A stretch of 64,000 nucleotides of DNA from Dehalococcoidia bacterium (GCA_965219085.1 OZ244720.1:960001-1024000), one strand, 5' to 3'. Shown: positions 37,893-47,658, counted from the stretch's first letter. The notes: generated from the letters alone by a model not told the origin. Numbers and translations are program-made.

Positions 37893-38704
37893 GGCCGCCC
37901 GCCGGTGTAGAGCGCGTACCCGCCGGCGGCCGGCAGCGACGCCTCCACGTCCAGCAGAACCGATTCGATCAGCGCCGACGATGCGCGGCCGAACAGCACC
38001 TGGCGCAGCCCGCGCCGCGGGCGGACCAGCCGCACGCGCGTCGGGATGCGCGCCTCGGCCGCCACCCAGTCCACGGCATCTTCGAGGTCACCTGTGTCGT
38101 CGATGAGCCCCGCCTCCAGGGCGTCGGCGGAGGTGAAGACCTCGCCGGTGGCGAGCTCACGCACCTGCTCGATGGGCATGTCGCGCCCCTCGGCGACCCC
38201 GGCGACGAACTGCTCGTAGAGCGAGTCGAGGACGTGTTGCTCCTTCGCCTCCTCTTCCTCGGTCGGGTCGCGGAAGGGGGACAGCATGTCCTTCAGACGG
38301 CCGGACTTGCTGACGCGCATGCGCACGCCGATGCGGTCCAGCGCGTCGTGTACGACGGGGCGGTACGAGATGACGCCGATCGCCCCGACGATCGCGGTGG
38401 GAAGCGTGATCACGCGCTGCGTGGCCGCGGCGACCATGTAGCCGCCGGAGGCGCCCAGGCCGCCGACGAACCCGGCGACCGGCTTCTCGTGCCGCAACCG
38501 CGCCACCGCGCGTGTGATCATATCGGCGCCGACGGCGGTGCCGCCGGGCGAGTCGATATTGAGCACGACGCCGCGCACGGACTGGTCGTCGCGCAGGCGC
38601 AGGAGCAGCCGGGTGAACTCGAGCGGGCGAACGGCGGGCCCGATCACGCCCTGCATGTCGACGACCGCCACCGTGGGCGGTCGGAGCCGGCTCAGTATCT
38701 CCAC
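37889..38704 (-). CDS. sppA: Signal peptide peptidase SppA (S49, short form)
   Basis: IDSPGG, ASGGY, SGRLKD, GLIDDTG; SD AGGAGG before GTG 38704. Confidence 0.88.
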   Translation of the reverse strand: MEILSRLRPPTVAVVDMQGVIGPAVRPLEFTRLLLRLRDDQSVRGVVLNIDSPGGTAVGADMITRAVARLRHEKPVAGFVGGLGASGGYMVAAATQRVITLPTAIVGAIGVISYRPVVHDALDRIGVRMRVSKSGRLKDMLSPFRDPTEEEEAKEQHVLDSLYEQFVAGVAEGRDMPIEQVRELATGEVFTSADALEAGLIDDTGDLEDAVDWVAAEARIPTRVRLVRPRRGLRQVLFGRASSALIESVLLDVEASLPAAGGYALYTGGRP

Positions 38705-38832
38705 GACAACCTCCTGCTCGCGGGTCGAGTGTACGACAGGCCCGGGCCGCGGAACCCTCGCCCGTGGCATGGGGCGGGACGGCGCGGTACCGTTGCACGG
38801 GCACACCGTTCGCATCCGCTCCCTCCGTACCG

Positions 38833-40545
38833 ATGCTCGAGAGGTCGCCCGACTTGCGTAGCGTTGCCTTGACGCTGCTGCTGATCCTGATCGCAGCGGT
38901 TGCGCTCGCCTGCGACCGCACAGCGGAGCTGATCCCGGGCGCCGACGAGACGCCGACCCCGACGCCGACCTCGACGCCGACGCTGGCACGGACTCGAGAG
39001 CCCGTCCTTGCGCCCGCGACCCTGCGCATATCCGGAAGCGCAGCGGCCAATCCGTCGGGTGAGGCCCGGCCGGCCGACACCGAGCTCGCGCGCAGTGTCG
39101 TGCAGGTACGCGTCATCGATGCGGAGAGCTCGCCACCCTTCATCCGCGACGGCAGCGGCGTCATCGTCGACCGCGAGCAGGGGCTGGTCCTCACCAGCGC
39201 ACGCATCGTCGTCCCGCCCGGCGACGGCAGCGAGGATGCGTACACGATCGAGGTCTGGACCAACCCCATCCCCGGCGGCGAGCCGCGCCCGACGCACGCA
39301 GCGGTCCTCGTCGCCTACGATGCCATCTCCGAACTCGCGGTACTGCGGCTCACGGCCCGGCTTCCGGCGACCGGGCCCCCGGCCGCAGCCGACGACGAGG
39401 AGGCAGAGGACGGCGAGGACGAGGCCGCCGATCCGCCGCTGCTCGACGAACCCGCCGCAACGAACGGCGACCCGGCTGTGCTCCAGCGTGGGGACCAGCT
39501 ACGCATGTTCGGGCACCCGGGCCTGCACCCCTCGGGTGCTGACACCCCGCAGGCGGTGATGGTCACGATCGCGACCTTGATCGGCGTGCGCGCCGAGCCC
39601 GCCGCGGGCGAACAGGCGTGGTTCACCACCCAGGCGCGGCTGCCGCACGCGAACGCGGGCGGCCCCGTCTTCAACAGCGCGGGCGAGTTGGTCGGCATCT
39701 CGACGCAACTGGTGTACAGCCTCGACGTCCCGGTGTCGCACGTCCGGCCCATCGTGCTGGCCGAGGACCTGATCGAGGCGGCCCGCGAGGGCGGTGAAGA
39801 CACGCCGACGCTGCCGCTCATGCACCCCGGCGCCGCTCCCGGCACCGCCCTGCCCGGCGTCAGCGCGGACATCATCGTGACCGAGCCCCGCTTCGCCCTC
39901 GAGGCGCTCGGGGAGGGCGGGGCGCGAGCACTGTTCGACTACGGGCGCGTGTTCCCCGCCGCCGCCCCGGAACTGAACTACGAGTTCGTGGTGCAGGGCG
40001 CCCCGGACGGCGCTCCGGTGCAGGAGCTGTGGTACCTGGACGGCGTGTTCCAGGACGCTCTGTCCGCGACCTACAACTGGCGACTCGGCCCCTTCGCGCT
40101 CGTGTCCGACCGGCTCGCCTCGCCGAACCCCGCCGGTCCCCCCACCGGGGTGTGGAAGCTCGAAGTCTGGGTGAACGGCTCGCTGCGCGCCGCTTCGCAG
40201 GCCTATCTCGGCGTACAACCGCCGAGCCCGGCCGTGAGCGACTTCGCGTTCGGCGCCTCGCTCAGCCAGACGTACGGCCCGGCCGAGCCGCCGAAGGTCG
40301 GCGCAGACCGGGTGCTCGCGTTCTTCGAGTACGAAGGCGCGAGCGTCGTCGAGCGACTCAGCTGGGTCGTCTACCGCAACGGCGAGGTGCGCTACCGCTC
40401 CCCCGACGTGCCCTGGCGCGGGGGCGAGTTCGGCGTGTGGTGGGTCGGCATGCACGCACCTGACGGCCTCACGCGGGGCCGGTGGGAATTCGAGATCCTC
40501 TTCGACGGTAAGGTGCTGGGGCGCGAGGGCTTCACGCCGAGGTAG
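38833..40545 (+). CDS. Lipoprotein with a catalytically dead trypsin-like domain and two C-terminal beta domains
   Basis: Lipobox ALAC; GSGVIVD...VLTSARIV, SELAVL, HANAGGPVFN. Confidence 0.75.
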   Translation: MLERSPDLRSVALTLLLILIAAVALACDRTAELIPGADETPTPTPTSTPTLARTREPVLAPATLRISGSAAANPSGEARPADTELARSVVQVRVIDAESSPPFIRDGSGVIVDREQGLVLTSARIVVPPGDGSEDAYTIEVWTNPIPGGEPRPTHAAVLVAYDAISELAVLRLTARLPATGPPAAADDEEAEDGEDEAADPPLLDEPAATNGDPAVLQRGDQLRMFGHPGLHPSGADTPQAVMVTIATLIGVRAEPAAGEQAWFTTQARLPHANAGGPVFNSAGELVGISTQLVYSLDVPVSHVRPIVLAEDLIEAAREGGEDTPTLPLMHPGAAPGTALPGVSADIIVTEPRFALEALGEGGARALFDYGRVFPAAAPELNYEFVVQGAPDGAPVQELWYLDGVFQDALSATYNWRLGPFALVSDRLASPNPAGPPTGVWKLEVWVNGSLRAASQAYLGVQPPSPAVSDFAFGASLSQTYGPAEPPKVGADRVLAFFEYEGASVVERLSWVVYRNGEVRYRSPDVPWRGGEFGVWWVGMHAPDGLTRGRWEFEILFDGKVLGREGFTPR

Positions 40546-40563
40546 CCGGCGAGCGCGCCGGGC

Positions 40564-41574
40564 CTACCGCAACGTCCCCGTGTCGTCGTAGAGCGCGTCG
40601 GTGAACGAGGGATCGAACACGGTTGCCACGTCGACCGGGCCGCTGAACTGCTCGTCGTAGCGGAGCAGCACGTCCTGTAGCGCCTCCCACTGCGCGAGCG
40701 TGGCGCGGCCCATGCCGTCCTCGCGCGTGGCGTTGCGGAGATCGGTGTCGAGCAGGAACCGCTGGTGGTCGCGGTCCGCGCCCTCGGCGTAGACGAGCAC
40801 CAGGTCGATCGCCTCGTCGGGGTGCGAGGCGGCGTAGTGCGCGCCGCGCAGCGCCGCGCGCAGGAAGCGCCCGGCCAGCTCCCGCCGCTCGATCGTGGTC
40901 TCGTCGTGCACGAGGTAGGTGACGCCGAGCGTCGCGATGCCGTGGTCGTGGGGATCGAACACGCGGATGTCGACGCCCGCGTTGCGGATGCGGTTTGGCT
41001 CGTTGTTGAGGAACACCGGGAAGACGTCGACCTGGCGCTCGATGAACACGCGCTCATCGAACCCCACGGCCTGGAGCTGCACGTCGTCGGGTCCGAGGTC
41101 TGCCGTGGCCAGCAGCGCGAGCAGTTCGGCGGGCACGACGCCGCCCTTGAAGCCGACGCTGTGACCCTCGAAGTCCCCGGGCGTCTCGATGCCCGAGTCG
41201 GCGTGGACGACGAAGCCCTGGTCGCCGCGCTGCCCGAAGAGCGCGATGGCGCGCACCGGCAGGCCATTCGCGCGCTGGCGGAGCGCCTGCGCCGCGGTGG
41301 CAGTGGTGAAGTCGACCTCGCCGGCGAGCAGGAGCTGGCCGTGCTCGCCCTGGGTCGAGTGCCGGATCTCGACCTCGAGGCCCTCGTCGGCGAAGAAGCC
41401 GCGCGCTTCGGCCATGTAGACGGCGACGAACGGGAGGTTGGCCTGCGGCCGGTAGCCGGCCATGAACACGACGCGTTCGAGGGACTCCTCGGCGTCGTCA
41501 CCGCCGCAGGCGACGGGGAGCGCGAACGCCGCCACGACGCAGACGATAAGCCCGGCGATCCACGCACGTGTCAT
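40564..41574 (-). CDS. ABC substrate-binding lipoprotein, NMT1/THI5 (ThiY/RibY-like) family
   Basis: Lipobox VAC; MAGYRPQANLPFVAVYMAEARGFFADEGLEV, FLNNEP, FLRAALRG. Confidence 0.85.
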   Translation of the reverse strand: MTRAWIAGLIVCVVAAFALPVACGGDDAEESLERVVFMAGYRPQANLPFVAVYMAEARGFFADEGLEVEIRHSTQGEHGQLLLAGEVDFTTATAAQALRQRANGLPVRAIALFGQRGDQGFVVHADSGIETPGDFEGHSVGFKGGVVPAELLALLATADLGPDDVQLQAVGFDERVFIERQVDVFPVFLNNEPNRIRNAGVDIRVFDPHDHGIATLGVTYLVHDETTIERRELAGRFLRAALRGAHYAASHPDEAIDLVLVYAEGADRDHQRFLLDTDLRNATREDGMGRATLAQWEALQDVLLRYDEQFSGPVDVATVFDPSFTDALYDDTGTLR

Positions 41575-41684
41575 CTGCTCCCTCAATCCGGGTAGCCGAG
41601 TATCCGGGAAGGCTGGCTTAGAGGCCCGGCTGCTGGTCCAATCCGTGCTCCGGCTCCGAGTCCTCGATGGCGTGGGCCCCACGC

Positions 41685-42638
41685 CTACGTGATCAGGTCG
41701 ATGGCCGCCGTAGCGACGCCGAGGAACAGGAGAAAGCCGCAGACGTCTGTCACCGTCGTGACGACGACCGCCGAGGCGACCGCCGGGTCGACACCGATGC
41801 GCCGCAGCACCAGCGGGACGCCCGCGCCAATGGAACCTGCGATCACGATGTTGCCGAGCATCGCGCTACCCAACACCAGGCCGAGGCCGACGTTCCGCGT
41901 CCACAGGATGGCGATCACGGCGACAAGGATGCCAGGCCACACGCCGTGCAGGAGCCCGAGCACGGCCTCGCGCGTGAGCAAGCGTCGCGTGCTCACCCCG
42001 ACGAGTTCGCCCAGCGCGATCGCGCGCACGATGAGGGTGAGGGTCTGCGTGCCGCCGATCCCGCCTTGCCCCGCGACGACCGGGAGGAAGGCGGCGAGCA
42101 CCACGACCTGGGCCAGTGTGGACTCGAAGAGCGCGATCGTCGCCGCGGCAAGGAACGTCGTCGCCAGGTTGATCGTGAGCCAGAGCAGGCGCGTTCGGAT
42201 CGAGGCCGCCAGGGGGCCGCCGACGGCCTCGCCCGGCACGTTTGCCACCTACAGCATCTGGCGCGTGTCCTGCTCGACGGAGACCCCGAGGAGCGACCCG
42301 GACCGAATCACCCCCGGCCGGCCTGCCGTCCGCGACGACCGGGACCTGGCTCAGGCTGTAGTGGCGCTGGAGCCGGGCGCACTCCTCGGCCGGGGTGTCG
42401 GCCCTCACGGTCGCGACGAGCGCCGAGGACAGCGTGCGAAGCGGCGTCTCGTCGCCGAGTCGCCTGCCATGTTGGCCGGATGCAGGCGCCGGACGAGGTC
42501 CACGCCGGCTCCACCCGGATCAGATCGTGGACCCTGCCGGCAATATCCTCGGCTTCGTCGAGCGAGATCGCCTGCCGCCTGATCGGTCGTCACGTCCGGG
42601 GCGGGTACCCCGGCGAGAGCGCTCTGTTCGTCCTGCAC
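41685..42638 (-). pseudogene. mgtE: Decayed MgtE magnesium transporter
   Basis: Intact TM part (RLLWLTINL, PVVAGQGG, DPAVAS..VTTVTD); in-frame TAG at 42249-42251; frameshift in a G5 run at ~42313; CBS remnant (LSQVPVV) and LHPAN remnant in other frames. Confidence 0.8.
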
Positions 42639-42736
42639 GCGTCACGTCCCGGCACGCCGGAACCCTCAACGGCGCCAATGCGCCCTCGGTCGGGTGGTTC
42701 AGCCCTGCGTCGCGCCTCGATGTGACCGACTCGCCG

Positions 42737-43702
42737 CTACCACTCGCGCGCAGACTCGTGCCAGAACAGCAGCCGCCGCTCGACGAGGGCGACCGCGGCG
42801 GTGAGCGCCACGCCGATGACGGCAAGCACGACGATCGCGCCGAACAGCGCCGGAGTGTCGTAGTCGCCGTGCGCGATCACAATCAGCTGCCCCACGCCCG
42901 AGTCCGCCGACATCCACTCGGCCACCACCGCGCCGATCAGCGCGAGGGGAATCGAGATGCGCAGCGCGGCGAACACGTACGGCAGCGACGCCGGGAACCG
43001 CAGCCATCGCAGCACCTGCCAGCGCGAGGCGTCCATCGCGCGGAAGTAGTCGTGCGCAGCCGCATCGATCGAGCGCAGGCCCGTCACCGCGTTCACGAGC
43101 ATCGGGAAGAACGTGATCAGACCCGCCACGACGTACTTCGGGCCGTCGCCGAAGCCGAGCCAGATGATGAGCAGCGGCGCGACGGCGACAATCGGCGTCA
43201 CCTTCACCAGCAGCGCGAACGGGTACAGCGCCCGCTCGAGGCGCCGCGAGTGCGCCATCGCAATGCCAAGCAGGAACGCGCTGCCCGCACCGAGCACGAG
43301 CCCACCGAGCGCGTGCTGCAGCGACACCGCGCCGGCACCGAGGAACCGCATCGGGTCGGCGAGCAGCGCATCGGCCACGGCCGTGGGCGCGGGCGCGAGG
43401 TACCCGGGGACCTCGCGTGCGCGGATCCACGCCTCCCACGCCACGAGCACGACCATCGCGACAAGCACCGGCGGCGCTGCGATGCGCGCGCCGCTTCGGA
43501 GCCACGCCGACACCGAGCCTCGCCGCCGCGAGCCGGGCGCATGGATCGTCTCGAGGGTGCCGTCGAGGAGGTCGGCGAGTCCGGGCTGTGCACGCTCCGG
43601 GGTCGCGGCTACGGCGCGGGTTGACGCCGAGGCCGCGGCGTGGCGCGACGCGCGCGGCGCGCCGTCGAGCAGGTCGGCGACGTCGGGGTGGAGCGCGGTC
43701 AT
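42737..43702 (-). CDS. ABC transporter permease (NitT/TauT family)
   Basis: YLAPAP, TPIVAVAPLLIIWLG, LPYVFAALR, GAVVAEW; ATG 43702 overlaps the ATPase stop. Confidence 0.9.
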   Translation of the reverse strand: MTALHPDVADLLDGAPRASRHAAASASTRAVAATPERAQPGLADLLDGTLETIHAPGSRRRGSVSAWLRSGARIAAPPVLVAMVVLVAWEAWIRAREVPGYLAPAPTAVADALLADPMRFLGAGAVSLQHALGGLVLGAGSAFLLGIAMAHSRRLERALYPFALLVKVTPIVAVAPLLIIWLGFGDGPKYVVAGLITFFPMLVNAVTGLRSIDAAAHDYFRAMDASRWQVLRWLRFPASLPYVFAALRISIPLALIGAVVAEWMSADSGVGQLIVIAHGDYDTPALFGAIVVLAVIGVALTAAVALVERRLLFWHESAREW

Positions 43703-44493
43703 GCGCCGCCTTGCCGCAAGGCCTTGCGCACGCGCGCGACGCGCTCGATGAACGCCGGCGTCTCCTCGATCGCCGCATGGCGCGGGCGGGGCAGATCGAT
43801 GGCCACGTCCGCGACGACGCGCCCCGGCCGAGGCGCGAGCACGACGACGCGGTCGGAGAGCAGCACCGCCTCGCGGATGGCGTGCGTGACGAACAGCACC
43901 GAGGGCCGGTCGCGCTCCCATAGCCGCAGCAGCTCCAGCCGCAGCTCCTCGCGCGAGAACTCGTCGAGCGCGCCGAACGGCTCGTCCATGAGCAGCAGCC
44001 GCGGCCCGTGCGCAAGCGAACGCGCCAGCGCGACGCGCTGCCGCATCCCGCCCGACAGCTCGGCCGGGTGGTACCCGGCGAAGCGCTCGATCCCGGCCCG
44101 CTCGAGGAGCCCTCGCACCTCGCCGCTGGCAGCGCGCCGTCCGGCCAGCTCAAAGCTGAGCGCGACATTGCCTGCGACGGTGCGCCACGGGAGCAGTCCG
44201 GGCTCCTGCGTCACGAGCCCGAACGCACGCATCGCGCGTGCCGACTCGGCGTCGCCCCCGAGCACGCGCGCGCGGCCCTCGGACGGCTCGATCAGCCCGG
44301 CGACGATGCGCAGCAGCGTCGTCTTGCCGCATCCGCTCGGCCCGACGATCGAGACGAACTCGCCCGGCGCGACCGCGATCTCGATGCCATCGAGGGCGAG
44401 CAGGCGCGCGCCGTCGCGCGTCTCGTAGCGATGCGAGACGCTCTCGACGGCGACGGCCGCCGTCGGGGCCTGGGCGGCGGTGGGCGTGGTCAT
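43699..44493 (-). CDS. ABC transporter ATP-binding protein (NitT/TauT family)
   Basis: GPSGCGKT, LSGGMRQR, LLMDEPFGALD, FVTH; -10 TACAAT on the minus strand at 44557-44562. Confidence 0.93.
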   Translation of the reverse strand: MTTPTAAQAPTAAVAVESVSHRYETRDGARLLALDGIEIAVAPGEFVSIVGPSGCGKTTLLRIVAGLIEPSEGRARVLGGDAESARAMRAFGLVTQEPGLLPWRTVAGNVALSFELAGRRAASGEVRGLLERAGIERFAGYHPAELSGGMRQRVALARSLAHGPRLLLMDEPFGALDEFSREELRLELLRLWERDRPSVLFVTHAIREAVLLSDRVVVLAPRPGRVVADVAIDLPRPRHAAIEETPAFIERVARVRKALRQGGA

Positions 44494-44561
44494 GCGGCGG
44501 TCGATCCTTCCGCCCTCGCGGCTGGCGTGCAAGCTGCGGTAGGCTGCGCGCCGCCCATTGT

Positions 44562-44701
44562 AGTCGTCGCGGCGTGCACCGCCGCGGCGAGTACCCCAAC
44601 GAGAGGGCAGTCCTCGCGGCGTGTACCGCCGCGGCGAGTACCCCAACGAGAGGGCAGTCGTCGTGGCGTGCACCGCCGCGGCGAGTACCCCAACGAGAGG
44701 C
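44562..44701. repeat. Three tandem 47-bp units, each with a GC hairpin
   Basis: AGTCGTCGCGGCGTGCACCGCCGCGGCGAGTACCCCAACGAGAGGGC at 44562, 44609 and 44656 (1-2 differences per unit, no spacers). Confidence 0.92.
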
Positions 44702-44711
44702 AGCGCGCCGC

Positions 44712-45380
44712 ATGCCCGAAACCATCGCGATCCTCGGCGGCACCGGGCCCGAGGGCCGCGGCCTCGCGTCGCGCTTCGCCCTCGCCGGGCGGCGCGTGAC
44801 CATCGGCAGCCGCGACGCCGCGCGCGGCGCATCGGTCGCCGCCGAGGTTGCCGCCACGCTGGCCGGCCGCGACGGCGCCGGGCCCGTCGAGGGCGCCTCG
44901 AACGCCGACGCGGCCGCCGACTGCGACCTCGCCGTCGTCACCGTGCCGTTCGAGGGGCACCGCGCCACCCTCGAGGCGCTGGCCGGGGCGCTTACCGGCA
45001 AGATCGTCGTCGACGCCGCTGTCCCGGTGCGCTTCGAGCGCGGCCCGCGGCCTGTCGATGTGGCGGAGGGCTCAGCCACCGAGCAGGCGGCGGCGGTGCT
45101 GCCCGAGTCGCGCGTCGTCGGCGCGTTTCACAACCTCGCCGCCGAGTCGCTGCTCGACCTCGACGCGCCTGTGCACGCCGACGTGCTCGTGACGAGCGGC
45201 GACGCGGAGGCGAAGCAGGCGGTCTTCGCCCTCGCCGAGCAGATCGAGGGCGTGCGCGCCGTCGACGCCGGGCCGCTGCGCTACTCGCGGTTCGTCGAAG
45301 GCCTGACGGTGCTGCTGATCGGGGTCAACATGCGCCACAAGGCCCGCACCCACGTCCGCATCGAGGGGCTGCCGGCATGA
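44712..45380 (+). CDS. npdG: NADPH-dependent F420 reductase
   Basis: ILGGTGPEGRGLA, IGSRD, VTVPF, EGSATEQ, VVGAFHN, VEGLT. Confidence 0.9.
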   Translation: MPETIAILGGTGPEGRGLASRFALAGRRVTIGSRDAARGASVAAEVAATLAGRDGAGPVEGASNADAAADCDLAVVTVPFEGHRATLEALAGALTGKIVVDAAVPVRFERGPRPVDVAEGSATEQAAAVLPESRVVGAFHNLAAESLLDLDAPVHADVLVTSGDAEAKQAVFALAEQIEGVRAVDAGPLRYSRFVEGLTVLLIGVNMRHKARTHVRIEGLPA

Positions 45381-46156
45381 CCTCCTCGCAGCGCCGGGCC
45401 GGCGACGCCGAGGTGCGCGTGATCGGTCTGCGCGGCATCCCGATGGTGGAGGAAGGTGACGACCTCGCCGTCCTGACCTTCGGCTCGGCCATGGCGCAGG
45501 GCACGGCGCTCCGCGATCGCGATGTGCTCGTCCTTGCACAGCGCATCGTCTCGAAGGCCGAGGGCCGCGTCGTGCCGCTCGACAACTTCGTGCCGTCCCC
45601 GTTCGCGCTGGCGTGGGCGCGGGAGTGGGACAAGGACCCGCGCCAGATCGAGGCCGTGCTGCGGGAGTCCAGGCGCATCGTGCGCCAGCGCGGTGGCGTA
45701 CTCATCGCCGAGACGCGCCACGGCTTCATCTGCGCCAACGCCGGCGTCGACGCCTCGAACGTCGGCGGCAAGGGGCTGATCTCGCTGCTCCCGGTCAATC
45801 CCGACGCCTCGGCGCGTGCGCTCCGCGACGCCGCGCGTACGCAGCTCGGCATCGACATCGCCGTGATCGTGACCGACACGTTCGGCCGGCCGTGGCGGCA
45901 GGGCGAGACGAACGTGGCGATCGGCCTCGCCGGCCTGCGCCCGCTGCGTCCGCTCGCCGGGGCGCCGGACATCGACGGCCGCGAGATGCTGGTGAGCATG
46001 CCGTGCGTCGCCGACGAGATCGCCGCGACGGCGGGGCTCGTCATGTTGAAGACGGCGAGTATCCCCGCGGCCATCGTGCGCGGCTACCCGTACGAAGCCG
46101 GCGAGGGCTCGGCGCGCGAGATCGTGCGGCCTCCGGACATGGATCTCTTCCCGTAA
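45377..46156 (+). CDS. cofE: Coenzyme F420-0:L-glutamate ligase
   Basis: GDDL, IVSKAEGR, GFICANAGVDASN, DTFGRPWR, ADEIA. Confidence 0.92.
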   Translation: MTSSQRRAGDAEVRVIGLRGIPMVEEGDDLAVLTFGSAMAQGTALRDRDVLVLAQRIVSKAEGRVVPLDNFVPSPFALAWAREWDKDPRQIEAVLRESRRIVRQRGGVLIAETRHGFICANAGVDASNVGGKGLISLLPVNPDASARALRDAARTQLGIDIAVIVTDTFGRPWRQGETNVAIGLAGLRPLRPLAGAPDIDGREMLVSMPCVADEIAATAGLVMLKTASIPAAIVRGYPYEAGEGSAREIVRPPDMDLFP

Positions 46157-46247
46157 GCACCGTCTGTCCATAGCAGCGTGTATAACTCCGCCCCCCGGGG
46201 CGTCGCGCCGGGATAGGATCGGCGCGGCCATGGATGCACCTTGAGGG

Positions 46248-46532
46248 ATGGCGATGGCGAACGACGACGGCGACGACGGCCAGCAGCCCTCCGACCAGGA
46301 ACCCCGCGGCCGGCTGCGCTCGCCCCTGCTCACCGACGGCCAGCCGAACTTCCAGTGGTGGCTGTTCCTGCCCGGCGTCGGCATCGCCGTGCTCTGGGCG
46401 CTGTACGGCGCCGTCAGCGCCGAGGCCGACGCGATGGGCTGGTTCCTGGGCCAGTTGCTGTGGCCGGGCATCCCCATCTTCGTCGCCGCTACGGCCGCCG
46501 CCTGGCTCGGCTGGCGGGTCGACATCGACTGA
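46248..46532 (+). CDS. Small two-TM hypothetical protein
   Basis: 94-aa ORF with GAGG SD and two hydrophobic helices. Confidence 0.7.
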   Translation: MAMANDDGDDGQQPSDQEPRGRLRSPLLTDGQPNFQWWLFLPGVGIAVLWALYGAVSAEADAMGWFLGQLLWPGIPIFVAATAAAWLGWRVDID

Positions 46533-46555
46533 GCGGACGGAGGGGCGAGGCGCGC

Positions 46556-47632
46556 GTGCTGCACATCTACACCGGCTCGACGCAGGCCAATCGCGGCTCG
46601 GACGAGTTCCGCCTGCACGAGGCCGACCGCGAGCTGCGCACCCGCCTCGACACGGACGGCATGCTCTCCCTCAACACCACCGAGCTGCCCACACGCGGCG
46701 CGACGCCGGGCCAGCTGATCGAGCTCGCCTCGACGGTGCCGTTCCTCGCGCAGGCGCGGCTCGTCGTGGTCGAGGGGCTGCTCGTTTCGCTCGGCGCGGC
46801 TCGCGGCGTCGCCACGGAGTGGCAGCCGCTCGTCGACGCGCTGCCCGGCATGCCGGAGACGAGCCACCTCGTGCTGCTCGAGCCTGCACGCCAGCGCGAG
46901 CAGCGTCAGACGCTCGGCCGCTCGCCGCTGCTGCGCGCACTGAGAGCCCTCGACGGCGTCGACTTCCGCCAGTTCACCGAGCTGCGGATCGGCGGGCGCG
47001 GCGGCAACGAGGTCGCCTCGTGGCTACGCGAGCGCGCCGAGGCGACCGGCGTGCGCATCGAGGCAGCCGCGGCGGGTCGGCTCAGCGAGCTGATCGGCGC
47101 GGACCTGTGGGCGCTCAGCGGCGAGCTCGCCAAGCTCGCGCAGTACGCGCAGGACCGCGCCATCACCGTGGAGGACGTCGATCTGCTCACCACCGCCGCG
47201 CGTGACGAGGACGTGTTCGCGCTCGTCGACGACGCGGTCACGGCCCGCACCCCCGCGGCGCTCGTGCGGCTGCGGCGCATGCTCGACCGTGGCAGTGACT
47301 CACCGGTGCGCATCCAGGGGCTGATCGCCCGGCAACTGCGCAACCTCGTGCGCGCCGCCGCGCTGATCGAGGAGGGCGCGCCACGCGAGACGATCGGCGA
47401 GGCGACGGGGGTGTCGCACCCCTTCCCGCTCGGCAAGCTCGTCGACCAGGCGTCCGCCATCGGCCTCGCAGCCGCCGAGGACGGGCTGCGCGCCGTGGAG
47501 GCGGCCGATCACGCCGTCAAGACGGGGCGGTTCTCCGATGCGCTTGCCCTCGAGCTGCTCATCACGCGGCTCGGCGCCGGCCGCGGCCGCGCGCGGGCAG
47601 GTCGCGCTCGCTCCTCGCGTCGCCGGGGGTAG
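46556..47632 (+). CDS. holA: DNA polymerase III subunit delta
   Basis: TVPFLAQARLVVV, LSGELAKL..Y, ITVEDV, VFALVD, AVKTG, LALELL. Confidence 0.85.
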   Translation: MLHIYTGSTQANRGSDEFRLHEADRELRTRLDTDGMLSLNTTELPTRGATPGQLIELASTVPFLAQARLVVVEGLLVSLGAARGVATEWQPLVDALPGMPETSHLVLLEPARQREQRQTLGRSPLLRALRALDGVDFRQFTELRIGGRGGNEVASWLRERAEATGVRIEAAAAGRLSELIGADLWALSGELAKLAQYAQDRAITVEDVDLLTTAARDEDVFALVDDAVTARTPAALVRLRRMLDRGSDSPVRIQGLIARQLRNLVRAAALIEEGAPRETIGEATGVSHPFPLGKLVDQASAIGLAAAEDGLRAVEAADHAVKTGRFSDALALELLITRLGAGRGRARAGRARSSRRRG

Positions 47633-47658
47633 GAACCCGGCCGGTCAGGCCGGTCGAA

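Noticed and set aside
44562-44701. CRISPR array
   Set aside because: The units are head-to-tail with no unique spacers, and there are no cas genes in the window.
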